Below, piece by piece: positions 1 to 7,537 of a DNA stretch of 64,000 nt (position 1 is its first letter; every line of letters begins with the position of its first letter). The stretch lies in assembly GCA_964596735.1 (NCBI GenBank), contig CAZQVF010000005.1, forward strand, positions 13,328-77,327, read 5' to 3'. The notes under the pieces were generated by a model. It made no database searches. It was given only the letters and a program-made list of their open reading frames with translations, and was not told where the DNA came from. The DNA comes from an uncultured Gammaproteobacteria bacterium. Lineage in GTDB: Bacteria > Patescibacteriota > Patescibacteriia > UBA2591 > UBA6264. The translations under genes were made by a program, and so were the position numbers.

Positions 1-65
1 AGCCAATCAACTTTGTTTTTTCCTTATTTTATGTTATACTTTTATAAGGAAAAAATAATTATTTA

Positions 66-145
66 TAAGAACCTTCTCGCTCTGCTCGCAGAACCTTGAA
101 ATTAAATTATTATTGTATAAAAATTAAGGTAATTTGATTATAAAA
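66..145 (+). promoter_or_regulatory. Dispersed promoter-proximal repeat, copy 1 (upstream of aspS)
   Basis: tAAGAACCttctcgctctgctcgCAGAACCTTGAAATTAAAttattattgTATAAAaattaaggtaatttgatTATAAAa. The same module recurs at 12463, 15164, 17266, 17333, 42867 and 59041. TTGAAA lies at 96-101 and TATAAA boxes at 116-121 and 139-144. Confidence 0.6.
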
Positions 146-148
146 CTT

Positions 149-1549
149 ATGAAACGAATTCAAAGCGAAGAAACAATTAATAAAATTAAAAAAGAAGTTA
201 AGCTTTGTGGTTGGGTAAACAGCCGTCGCAACATGGGTAAAATTGTTTTTATTGATTTAAGAGACCGTTCTGGCTTAGTCCAGATTGTTTTTATTCCCCA
301 AGAACTTGATCAAGAATCGCAAAAAGCAGTTAAAGAAACTCGACCTGAATTTGTTGTTGAGGTTAAAGGGGTTGTCCGTCTAAGACCGAAAAATCAAATT
401 AACAAAGATTTAATAAGCGGAAAAATAGAAATCTTAGCTAAAAAATTATCTATTTTAAATCAAGCTAAGACTACGCCATTTGAAATTGACAATGAAACCC
501 TTAAAGCCAACGAAGAACTTCGTCTAAAATACCGTTATTTAGACTTGCGGCATGAACGCATGAAAAATAATCTAATTCTTCGTCATCAAGTTATCAAATT
601 TATCCGTGATTATTTAGATAAAGAAAAATTTTTAGAAATTGAAACACCAATTCTAACTAAAGGCACACCAGAAGGTGCTAGAGAATTTATTATTCCTTCT
701 CGACTTTATCCTGGAAAATTCTATGTTCTCCCTCAAGCCCCTCAACAATTTAAACAACTTTTAATGGTTGCTGGTGTTGAAAAATATTTCCAAATTGCTC
801 GTTGTTTTCGTGATGAAGACACGCGGGGTGATCGTCAACCAGAATTTACTCAATTAGACATTGAAATGAGTTTTGTTGATCAGCATGAGATAATGGATTT
901 AATTGAAAAATTAACTATTGCCCTGATTAAAAAGATAGCTCCAAAAAAGAGAATTTTAACTAAACCCTTTCCCAGGATTACTTATGAACAGGCAATAAAA
1001 AAATATAAAACTGATAAGCCTGATCTAAGAAAGAATAAAAAAGATCCTAATGAACTAGCCTTTTGCTTTATCACAGACTTTCCTCTTTTTCAGTATTCAA
1101 AAACAGAAAAGAAAAATATCTCTGTACACCACCCTTTTACTGCCCCTCAAAAAAAAGATATCCCTATTTTAAGCAAAAAACCCCTAAAAGTATTAGCCCA
1201 GCAATATGATTTTGTTTGTAATGGTTTTGAGTTAGGAGGAGGTTCAATTAGAATTCACCAAAGAGAAATCCAGGAAGAAATTTTTAAAATTCTAAAAATT
1301 AATGAACAAGAAACAGAAAGGCGCTTTGGACACCTCCTTAAAGCTTTTGAATATGGAGCCCCTCCTCATGGCGGCATTGCTCTTGGCTTAGACAGAATAA
1401 TTATGATCCTTGCCAATGAGCCTAATATTCGCGAAGTTATCCCTTTTGCTAAAACAGCTGACGCCAAAGACTTAATGATGGGAGCACCAAGTGAAATTCC
1501 AGAAGAACAATTAAAACAAGCTCATATTGAAATCAAAAAGAAAAAATGA
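149..1549 (+). CDS. aspS: Aspartyl-tRNA synthetase (short form without the large bacterial insertion domain)
   Basis: Class II aaRS motifs FRDEDTRGDRQPEFTQLDIEMSF, GGGSIRIH and PPHGGIALGLDR, plus an N-terminal OB fold (CGWVNSRRNMGKIVFIDLRDRSG). ATG 149 is preferred over TTG 134 because 134 lies inside the upstream repeat. The TGA stop overlaps the ftsX ATG. Confidence 0.93.
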   Translation: MKRIQSEETINKIKKEVKLCGWVNSRRNMGKIVFIDLRDRSGLVQIVFIPQELDQESQKAVKETRPEFVVEVKGVVRLRPKNQINKDLISGKIEILAKKLSILNQAKTTPFEIDNETLKANEELRLKYRYLDLRHERMKNNLILRHQVIKFIRDYLDKEKFLEIETPILTKGTPEGAREFIIPSRLYPGKFYVLPQAPQQFKQLLMVAGVEKYFQIARCFRDEDTRGDRQPEFTQLDIEMSFVDQHEIMDLIEKLTIALIKKIAPKKRILTKPFPRITYEQAIKKYKTDKPDLRKNKKDPNELAFCFITDFPLFQYSKTEKKNISVHHPFTAPQKKDIPILSKKPLKVLAQQYDFVCNGFELGGGSIRIHQREIQEEIFKILKINEQETERRFGHLLKAFEYGAPPHGGIALGLDRIIMILANEPNIREVIPFAKTADAKDLMMGAPSEIPEEQLKQAHIEIKKKK

Positions 1550-2442
1550 GATTCTTTAGATTAGCTTTACAAAACTTTTTTAGAAATTTTTGGCTTTCTC
1601 TAACCAGTATTATTATCATACTCTTAATGCTGTTTTCCCTAAGCCTAGTTTATAGTTTTAACACCCTGGGCCAGCAAATATTAAGCTCTTTTAAAAATAA
1701 AATGGATTTGGGTGTGTATTTAAACCAAAACATTGATTTAAATCAATTAAGCCTTTTAAGGTCTGAGTTGGAGAATATGGATGAAATAAAAGAGGTATAT
1801 TATCTTACCCCTGAAGAATCTTTAGAAAATTTTAAAGAAAAACATGTAAATGATCCTTTAATTTTGAAATCATTAAAAGAACTGAATGAAAATCCCTTAG
1901 GAGGAGCTTTAACTTTAAAATTTTATGATCCTTCGGGTTATGAAAAAGTTATTTCAGTTATTAATCGTCCTGTTTATAGCGCTTTAATCCGAGATCAAAA
2001 TTTTTATGATTATCAAGAATTAATTCATGTTTTTAATCAATTTAATCAAAAAATTACAGGAGCAGGCTTAAGTATCAGTGGAATTTTTGCTTTAATTACT
2101 ATTTTGGTAATTTTCACCACTATTAAACTAGGGGCTCTTTCTCGTCGTCGAGAAATTAAAATTATGAGACTAGTTGGAGCTTCGGCCTGGTCTATTCGTA
2201 CTCCATTTTTAATTGAAGGTGGTCTATATGCATTTATTGCCTGGATCATAAACTCCGCTCTCATTATTCCTTTGGTCTATTTTTCTCAACCATATTTACA
2301 AAAATTTATTGAACTAGATTTTAATTTATTTATTTACCTGAAAACTGGCGCTTTTCATTTTTGGTTTGGCCTTTTACTCTTTGCTTTAATTGTTTCTCTA
2401 ATCGGTAGCAGTCTGGCAATTAAAAAATATTTAAAATTTTAA
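1546..2442 (+). CDS. ftsX: Cell-division permease-like protein FtsX
   Basis: Shows FtsX topology: one N-terminal TM, a large loop, then three C-terminal TMs. Carries the RRREIKIMRLVGAS motif region. Confidence 0.85.
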   Translation: MRFFRLALQNFFRNFWLSLTSIIIILLMLFSLSLVYSFNTLGQQILSSFKNKMDLGVYLNQNIDLNQLSLLRSELENMDEIKEVYYLTPEESLENFKEKHVNDPLILKSLKELNENPLGGALTLKFYDPSGYEKVISVINRPVYSALIRDQNFYDYQELIHVFNQFNQKITGAGLSISGIFALITILVIFTTIKLGALSRRREIKIMRLVGASAWSIRTPFLIEGGLYAFIAWIINSALIIPLVYFSQPYLQKFIELDFNLFIYLKTGAFHFWFGLLLFALIVSLIGSSLAIKKYLKF

Positions 2443-2457
2443 TACTCTTTCTTTTTC

Positions 2458-3468
2458 ATGAAGTTAAAAGAGTTTAATTATTCTCTTCCTCAAGAATTGA
2501 TTGCCCAGAAACCTATTCGACCTCGAGATCATTCAAGATTAATGGTTTTAAATAGAAAGAATCATACTATTATTCATGATTCTTTTTATAATCTAGATAA
2601 ATACTTAAAACCAAATGATGTTTTGGTTGCTAATAATTCAAAGGTTATACCCGCTCGCTTGTTTGGGCAGAAAACAACTGGGGGAAAAACAGAAATTCTC
2701 CTTTTAAGACCCCTAAAGAATAATCTATGGGAAATCGTTCTCAGGGGAAAGGGCCAACAAAATAAAGAAATTAAATTCAGCAAAAAGCTCTTTGGTATTT
2801 TAAAGCAACAAATCTCAGACCAGACATGGGAAATAGAGTTTAATTTAACCAATAATGCCCTACTCAAACAAATATATAAATTAGGTCACACTCCAACTCC
2901 CCCGTATATTAAACGTGCTTCCAGCTTACAAGAATATCAGACAACATATGCTCAGACTCCTGGTTCAGCGGCAGCGCCAACGGCTGGATTTCACTTTACA
3001 AAAAAATTAATTAAAAAATTAAAAAAACAAGGAAATGAATTTGAATTTATTACCCTCCATGTTGGTTTAGGAACTTTTCAGCCAGTAAGAACAGAAAACA
3101 TTGAAGAACATCAAATACATGCCGAGTGGGGAGAAATAACAAAGCAAACCGCAGAAAAATTAAATCAAGCAAAAGAAAACAAACAAAGAATTATTGCTAT
3201 TGGGACAACAACAACAAGAATTTTAGAGGCATTTACTCTTGAAAAAAAAGTAATTTCAGGAGAAAAATGGATCAATACCTTTATTTATCCTGGCTATGAG
3301 TTTAAATTCATCAACGGCTTAATTACTAATTTTCACCTCCCTCAATCAAGTCTTTTAATGTTGGTTTGTGCTTTTGCTGAAAAAAACTTTATTTTTCAAG
3401 CTTATGAGCAAGCCATAAAAGAAAAATACAGATTTTATTCTTTTGGTGATGCAATGTTAATTATCTAA
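2458..3468 (+). CDS. queA: S-adenosylmethionine:tRNA ribosyltransferase-isomerase
   Basis: N-terminus FNYSLPQELIAQKPIRPRDHSRLMVL, GTTTTRILE, and C-terminal FYSFGDAMLI are typical of QueA. Confidence 0.93.
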   Translation: MKLKEFNYSLPQELIAQKPIRPRDHSRLMVLNRKNHTIIHDSFYNLDKYLKPNDVLVANNSKVIPARLFGQKTTGGKTEILLLRPLKNNLWEIVLRGKGQQNKEIKFSKKLFGILKQQISDQTWEIEFNLTNNALLKQIYKLGHTPTPPYIKRASSLQEYQTTYAQTPGSAAAPTAGFHFTKKLIKKLKKQGNEFEFITLHVGLGTFQPVRTENIEEHQIHAEWGEITKQTAEKLNQAKENKQRIIAIGTTTTRILEAFTLEKKVISGEKWINTFIYPGYEFKFINGLITNFHLPQSSLLMLVCAFAEKNFIFQAYEQAIKEKYRFYSFGDAMLII

Positions 3469-3510
3469 AACTTGATTTTTTTAAAAATTCTCCTATAATA
3501 AACTTAATTT

Positions 3511-3582
3511 GGCCAGGTAGCCAAGTAGTAAGGCAGGTGTCTGCAAAACACCTATACACGGGTGCAATTCCCGTCCTGGCCT
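3511..3582 (+). tRNA. tRNA-Cys (GCA)
   Basis: Manual cloverleaf: acceptor ggccagg/cctggcc, anticodon stem ggtgt/acacc with loop ctGCAaa, T stem acggg/cccgt. The T-loop tgcaatt is slightly non-canonical. A T-run follows. Confidence 0.85.
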
Positions 3583-3619
3583 TTTTTGTTTTTCTTTTAA
3601 TCTCTGGTATAATAAAAAC

Positions 3620-4549
3620 ATGAAAAAAAATCCAAAACTTATTCTTATTGATGCCCAGGCCGTACTTCATCGCGCTTGGCACGCTTTACCTCAACTAACT
3701 GATTCTCAAGGCAGGACAACCAATGCTGTTTATGGTTTTACAGCTCTTTTATTAAAACTTATTAATGAACAAAAACCTGATTATCTGGCAATTGCTTTTG
3801 ATACTAAGGCTCCTACTTTTCGTCATGAAAAATATGAGGCGTACAAGGCAGGAAGAGAAAAACAACCTCAGAATTTTTATGATCAAATCGACTTTACCAA
3901 GGACATTATTAAACCATTTGATATTCCTGTTTTTGAAAAAGACGGTTTTGAGGCCGATGACCTAATTGGAGCAATTGTGAGAGCACAGAAAAAAAATATC
4001 CCCAATCTTGAATGTTTAATTGTTACTGGTGATTTGGATTTGTGTCAATTAATTGACACAAAAACCTCAGTTTATTTTCTTAGACATGGAATTTCCCAAA
4101 TAAAGATCTATGACCAAAAAGCTGTTAAGGAACGCTTTGATTTGTCGCCTCAACAATTAATTGATTTTAAAGCCTTGAGTGGGGATCCTTCAGATAATAT
4201 TAAGGGTGTTCCTGGTATTGGCCCAAAAACAGCTTTGAACTTAATTAAAAAATTCAAAAACATAGAGAAACTTTATCAACACCTGGAAGGATGTGTCAAA
4301 ACAAAGAAAAGGTGTTTAATTAAAGAATCATTAATGCACCTTCTTTTAAAAAACAAAAAACAAGTTTTTTTGGACAAAGAATTAGTAACTATTGTACAAA
4401 AAATTCCTGGATTAAATCTAAGAAAGCTAAAATGTTTAAAAGCTTTTGATCTAGAAAAAATTGCTCATATCTTCCAGGGATTTGGATTTAAAAGTTTAAT
4501 TAAAAGATTGGAAAAAAATGGTTTAGGCCAGCAAAATAAGCTTTTTTAA
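3620..4549 (+). CDS. 5'-3' exonuclease (stand-alone Pol I N-terminal/FEN-like domain)
   Basis: LILIDAQAVLHRAWHAL, acidic clusters FEADDLIG and TGDLDL, and H3TH motif SDNIKGVPGIGPKTA. No polymerase domain is present. Confidence 0.85.
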   Translation: MKKNPKLILIDAQAVLHRAWHALPQLTDSQGRTTNAVYGFTALLLKLINEQKPDYLAIAFDTKAPTFRHEKYEAYKAGREKQPQNFYDQIDFTKDIIKPFDIPVFEKDGFEADDLIGAIVRAQKKNIPNLECLIVTGDLDLCQLIDTKTSVYFLRHGISQIKIYDQKAVKERFDLSPQQLIDFKALSGDPSDNIKGVPGIGPKTALNLIKKFKNIEKLYQHLEGCVKTKKRCLIKESLMHLLLKNKKQVFLDKELVTIVQKIPGLNLRKLKCLKAFDLEKIAHIFQGFGFKSLIKRLEKNGLGQQNKLF

Positions 4550-4551
4550 TT

Positions 4552-5556
4552 ATGATTGGATTTTTCTATGGCTCAGACACTTATCGTTCAAAACAAAAGT
4601 TAATGAGCTTAAAAAAAGAATTTATTCGTCGAAAAGACCAAAAGGGCCTTAATGTTTCAACTATTGAAGGGGCTAACCTAACCTTAGACGAACTAAGAAA
4701 AGTCTTTTTAAGTACTGGTCTTTTTGCTCAAAAAAGATTACTAATTATCAAGGGCCTTTTATCTCAACGTTTTTTAAAAAAAAATTTAGAAGAAAAAGAA
4801 GAATTATTTAAAGAAATAATAAAAATCATTAAAAAAACGCGGCAAAGTCAGGATAACTCTCTTATTTTCTGGGACGAAGAGATTAAAGAAAAACAGTTAA
4901 ATCCCCTTCAAAAACGCATTTATCAACTGTTAAAAAAAGAAAAATATGCTGAAGAATTTAAATTATTAACAGGACTTGCTTTAAAAAATTGGATAAAAAA
5001 ACAAGCCGCTCAAGAAAATATTCAGATTGAAAACCAGGTTATTGATCTACTTATTAAAACTAATAGAGATAATCTCTGGCTTTTAAAAAATGAACTTGAT
5101 AAATTAATTGCCTGGCAGTTGTTGTCAAAAAAAGCTCAAAAAATTTGTTTGTCTGATGCCCAAAGTCTTGCTCCACCTGAAATTGAACAAGACATATGGC
5201 GTTTAATTGATGCCTTAGGGCACCGAGATAAATTAAAAGCTCTCAAAATTTTGTCTGATCAGTTTAAAAATGGAGTTGAAACCTCTAAAATCATTACTCT
5301 TTTAGCACATCAATATCGTACTATTCTAAGAATAAAATCCTACCTGCAAACTCACCCCGTTATTAATCAATATCAAATAGCAAAAACACTCTCTCTTCAT
5401 CCTTTTGTCTGTAAAAAGGGATTGATTCAAGAAAAAAATTATACATTAGAGGAATTAAAAAAAATCTATCAACAATTATTAAAGATAGACTTTTTAAGAA
5501 AAACTCGGAAAATCGATTCCGAGATGTTATTAGATTTGCTAATTATTAAATCCTAA
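4552..5556 (+). CDS. holA: DNA polymerase III delta subunit
   Basis: Size and the N-terminal FFYGSDTYR pattern are typical of HolA. The remainder is helical. Assigned by pattern recognition only. Confidence 0.7.
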   Translation: MIGFFYGSDTYRSKQKLMSLKKEFIRRKDQKGLNVSTIEGANLTLDELRKVFLSTGLFAQKRLLIIKGLLSQRFLKKNLEEKEELFKEIIKIIKKTRQSQDNSLIFWDEEIKEKQLNPLQKRIYQLLKKEKYAEEFKLLTGLALKNWIKKQAAQENIQIENQVIDLLIKTNRDNLWLLKNELDKLIAWQLLSKKAQKICLSDAQSLAPPEIEQDIWRLIDALGHRDKLKALKILSDQFKNGVETSKIITLLAHQYRTILRIKSYLQTHPVINQYQIAKTLSLHPFVCKKGLIQEKNYTLEELKKIYQQLLKIDFLRKTRKIDSEMLLDLLIIKS

Positions 5557-5823
5557 TTATTTTGACAAACTGTTTATTTTTTTAACTAATCGCGACTTAC
5601 TCCGAGCCGCGGTATTTTTTTTCAAAACACCCTTTTGCACTGCTCGATCAAAAGATTTTTGTAATTTTGCATAAAGATCAACCGCCTCTTTCTTTTTCTT
5701 AGCGGCAATCGATTTTAAAAACTGTCGTTTTAACCAGCTAATATTTGCTTTGGTTTTTTTGTTACGTTCTGCACGTTTTTTTGACTGGCGAAGCGCCTTA
5801 ACTGCTGACTTTTTAATTGGCAT
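5557..5823 (-). CDS. rpsT: 30S ribosomal protein S20
   Basis: MPIKKSAVKALRQSKKRAERNKKTK... is a basic helical protein of S20 size. Confidence 0.92.
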   Translation of the reverse strand: MPIKKSAVKALRQSKKRAERNKKTKANISWLKRQFLKSIAAKKKKEAVDLYAKLQKSFDRAVQKGVLKKNTAARSKSRLVKKINSLSK

Positions 5824-5833
5824 GTTTAATAAT

Positions 5834-6112
5834 TTATAACGATCCTTCTTCTTCCTGTTTTAATAACTCTTCCTCTTGGGCGATTAGCTTGTCCCACTTA
5901 TTCCGACCATTAATCAAAATGTTTAGTCTTGCTTTAAAATCTTCATTAAATTCTCTAAGTAATTTAGAATTTTTTTGAAAAAGATTTAAAAGATCTTCCA
6001 ATGCCTGCTCTGGTAAAGCAGGCAAAAAAACCAGTAAATCATTTTGATCATTAGGTGAGATTTTATTAGAAGAAGTAATGACTTCTCGTAATTTTTCTAA
6101 TATTTTTGACAT
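5834..6112 (-). CDS. Hypothetical small acidic protein
   Basis: 92-aa ORF in the gap-free minus-strand gene series. No recognisable motif. Confidence 0.5.
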   Translation of the reverse strand: MSKILEKLREVITSSNKISPNDQNDLLVFLPALPEQALEDLLNLFQKNSKLLREFNEDFKARLNILINGRNKWDKLIAQEEELLKQEEEGSL

Positions 6113-6132
6113 CTCCCTTTTGACTATTTCTA

Positions 6133-6423
6133 TTAACCAATCTTTGGATGAAAAAATTTAACCCTTCTGTCTATAACTTGGGGAGTTTGCATGACTTGAT
6201 GCATTAAATCTCGGCTATTCTTAAAAATTTCATTTAAATCTGATTCCGGGTGAGACTCTAAAACCTGTAAATTCTGTTGATCTTTCTTGTTAAAAAATTC
6301 AGCTACTTCGGGAATTTCTGTTTTTTCTAAAATTTTTCTTTGAACTTCCGCAACTGCTCTTTCAATAGCCAATTCCACCTCTGATTTATCCACTCCTGGT
6401 TTAAACAATGACTCAAATGCCAT
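6133..6423 (-). CDS. Hypothetical small acidic protein
   Basis: 96-aa ORF. No recognisable motif. Confidence 0.5.
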   Translation of the reverse strand: MAFESLFKPGVDKSEVELAIERAVAEVQRKILEKTEIPEVAEFFNKKDQQNLQVLESHPESDLNEIFKNSRDLMHQVMQTPQVIDRRVKFFHPKIG

Positions 6424-6521
6424 ATATTTTTACAAATCCCCTCCGACAAATTATTTATTGATAAAATTATAACTGATTTTAATCAACTTGTCAAGTGTGC
6501 ATAACCTGATAAAATAATACT

Positions 6522-7094
6522 ATGATTTACTCTATTCAGGGAAAAATAACCAATTTAAAGCCTGACTATGTTGTGGTTGAAACAAACGGGCTTTCTTATC
6601 AAATTTTTGTCACTGATTTTTTAATAGAGAAAATAAAAAAGGATCAAAAAATTAAACTACTAACCTATTTAGAGGTAAGGGAAACCGCCATGGAATTATA
6701 TGGATTTGAAGATGAGACTCACTTAGAATACTTTAAGTATCTGAGATCAATCTCTGGAATTGGACCAAAATCAGCAATGAATGTGCTTTCATTGGTTCGT
6801 TTGTCAGATTTAGAAAAAGCTATTCTTAATGAAAAGGTTGATATTTTAACCAAGGTCTCTGGAATTGGCAAAAAAACAGCCCAAAGGATTGTTCTAGAAC
6901 TTAAAGGAAAAATTGTTAAAACAAAGAAAGGATCATTAGAACAATCCGAAGATGATTCTTTATTAATTGATGCTTTAATTAGTATGGGCTATACCATTAT
7001 CCAGGCCCGAGAAACAATTAAAAAAATCCCATCAGAGATTCAAGGAACAAAAAAAAGGCTTAAACAAGCCTTAAAAATCCTTTCAGGAAGATAA
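6522..7094 (+). CDS. ruvA: Holliday junction DNA helicase subunit RuvA
   Basis: MIYSIQGKI...DYVVVETNGLSYQIFV (OB domain) and two HhH motifs (ISGIGPKSA, VSGIGKKTAQRI). Confidence 0.9.
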   Translation: MIYSIQGKITNLKPDYVVVETNGLSYQIFVTDFLIEKIKKDQKIKLLTYLEVRETAMELYGFEDETHLEYFKYLRSISGIGPKSAMNVLSLVRLSDLEKAILNEKVDILTKVSGIGKKTAQRIVLELKGKIVKTKKGSLEQSEDDSLLIDALISMGYTIIQARETIKKIPSEIQGTKKRLKQALKILSGR

Positions 7095-7097
7095 AAT

Positions 7098-7475
7098 TTA
7101 TTTCTTAACTTTTTTAACTGCTGTTGGTTTTTTAGTACTAACGGCTGATTTTTTTTCTAAACCAATTGATAAAATCTTAATTTCAGTATATGGCTGACGA
7201 TGTCCTTGTGTTCGATGATAACGAGTTTTTGGTTTATATTTAATTATTTTAACTTTTTTTGCCCTGTCTTGAGCCAAGACCTCTGCTTCAACTTGAATTT
7301 TAAGGTGTGGCTTGCCAATTTCAACTTTTCTTTTTTTGTCATCAAAACATAAAAGAACTTCTTTGAAGGAAATCTTTTTTCCAACCTTTTCTTCGAGTTT
7401 TTCAATACGAAGAATATCTCCTTTTTTTACTAGATATTGCTTGCCTCCTGTTTTAATTACGGCGAATAAACTCAT
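7098..7475 (-). CDS. rplU: 50S ribosomal protein L21 (Lys-rich C-terminal extension)
   Basis: FAVIKTGGKQYLVKKGDILRIEKL and HRQPYTEIKI. Start taken at MSLFAVIK (7475). Confidence 0.92.
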   Translation of the reverse strand: MSLFAVIKTGGKQYLVKKGDILRIEKLEEKVGKKISFKEVLLCFDDKKRKVEIGKPHLKIQVEAEVLAQDRAKKVKIIKYKPKTRYHRTQGHRQPYTEIKILSIGLEKKSAVSTKKPTAVKKVKK

Positions 7476-7537
7476 AATAAACAAATTATTTGTATTAAAA
7501 ATATAGCAAATCCACTGCTATATGTCAAACCCTAAAA

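Noticed and set aside
1547-1549. Possible UGA recoding (code 4/25, as in some candidate phyla)
   Set aside because: TGA terminates well-conserved proteins at their expected C-termini (aspS, tsaD, nusB), in ATGA overlaps with the next gene. The standard code fits.
3461-3682. 73-aa minus-strand ORF
   Set aside because: It overlaps tRNA-Cys and the start of the 5'-3' exonuclease gene, so it is a shadow ORF.
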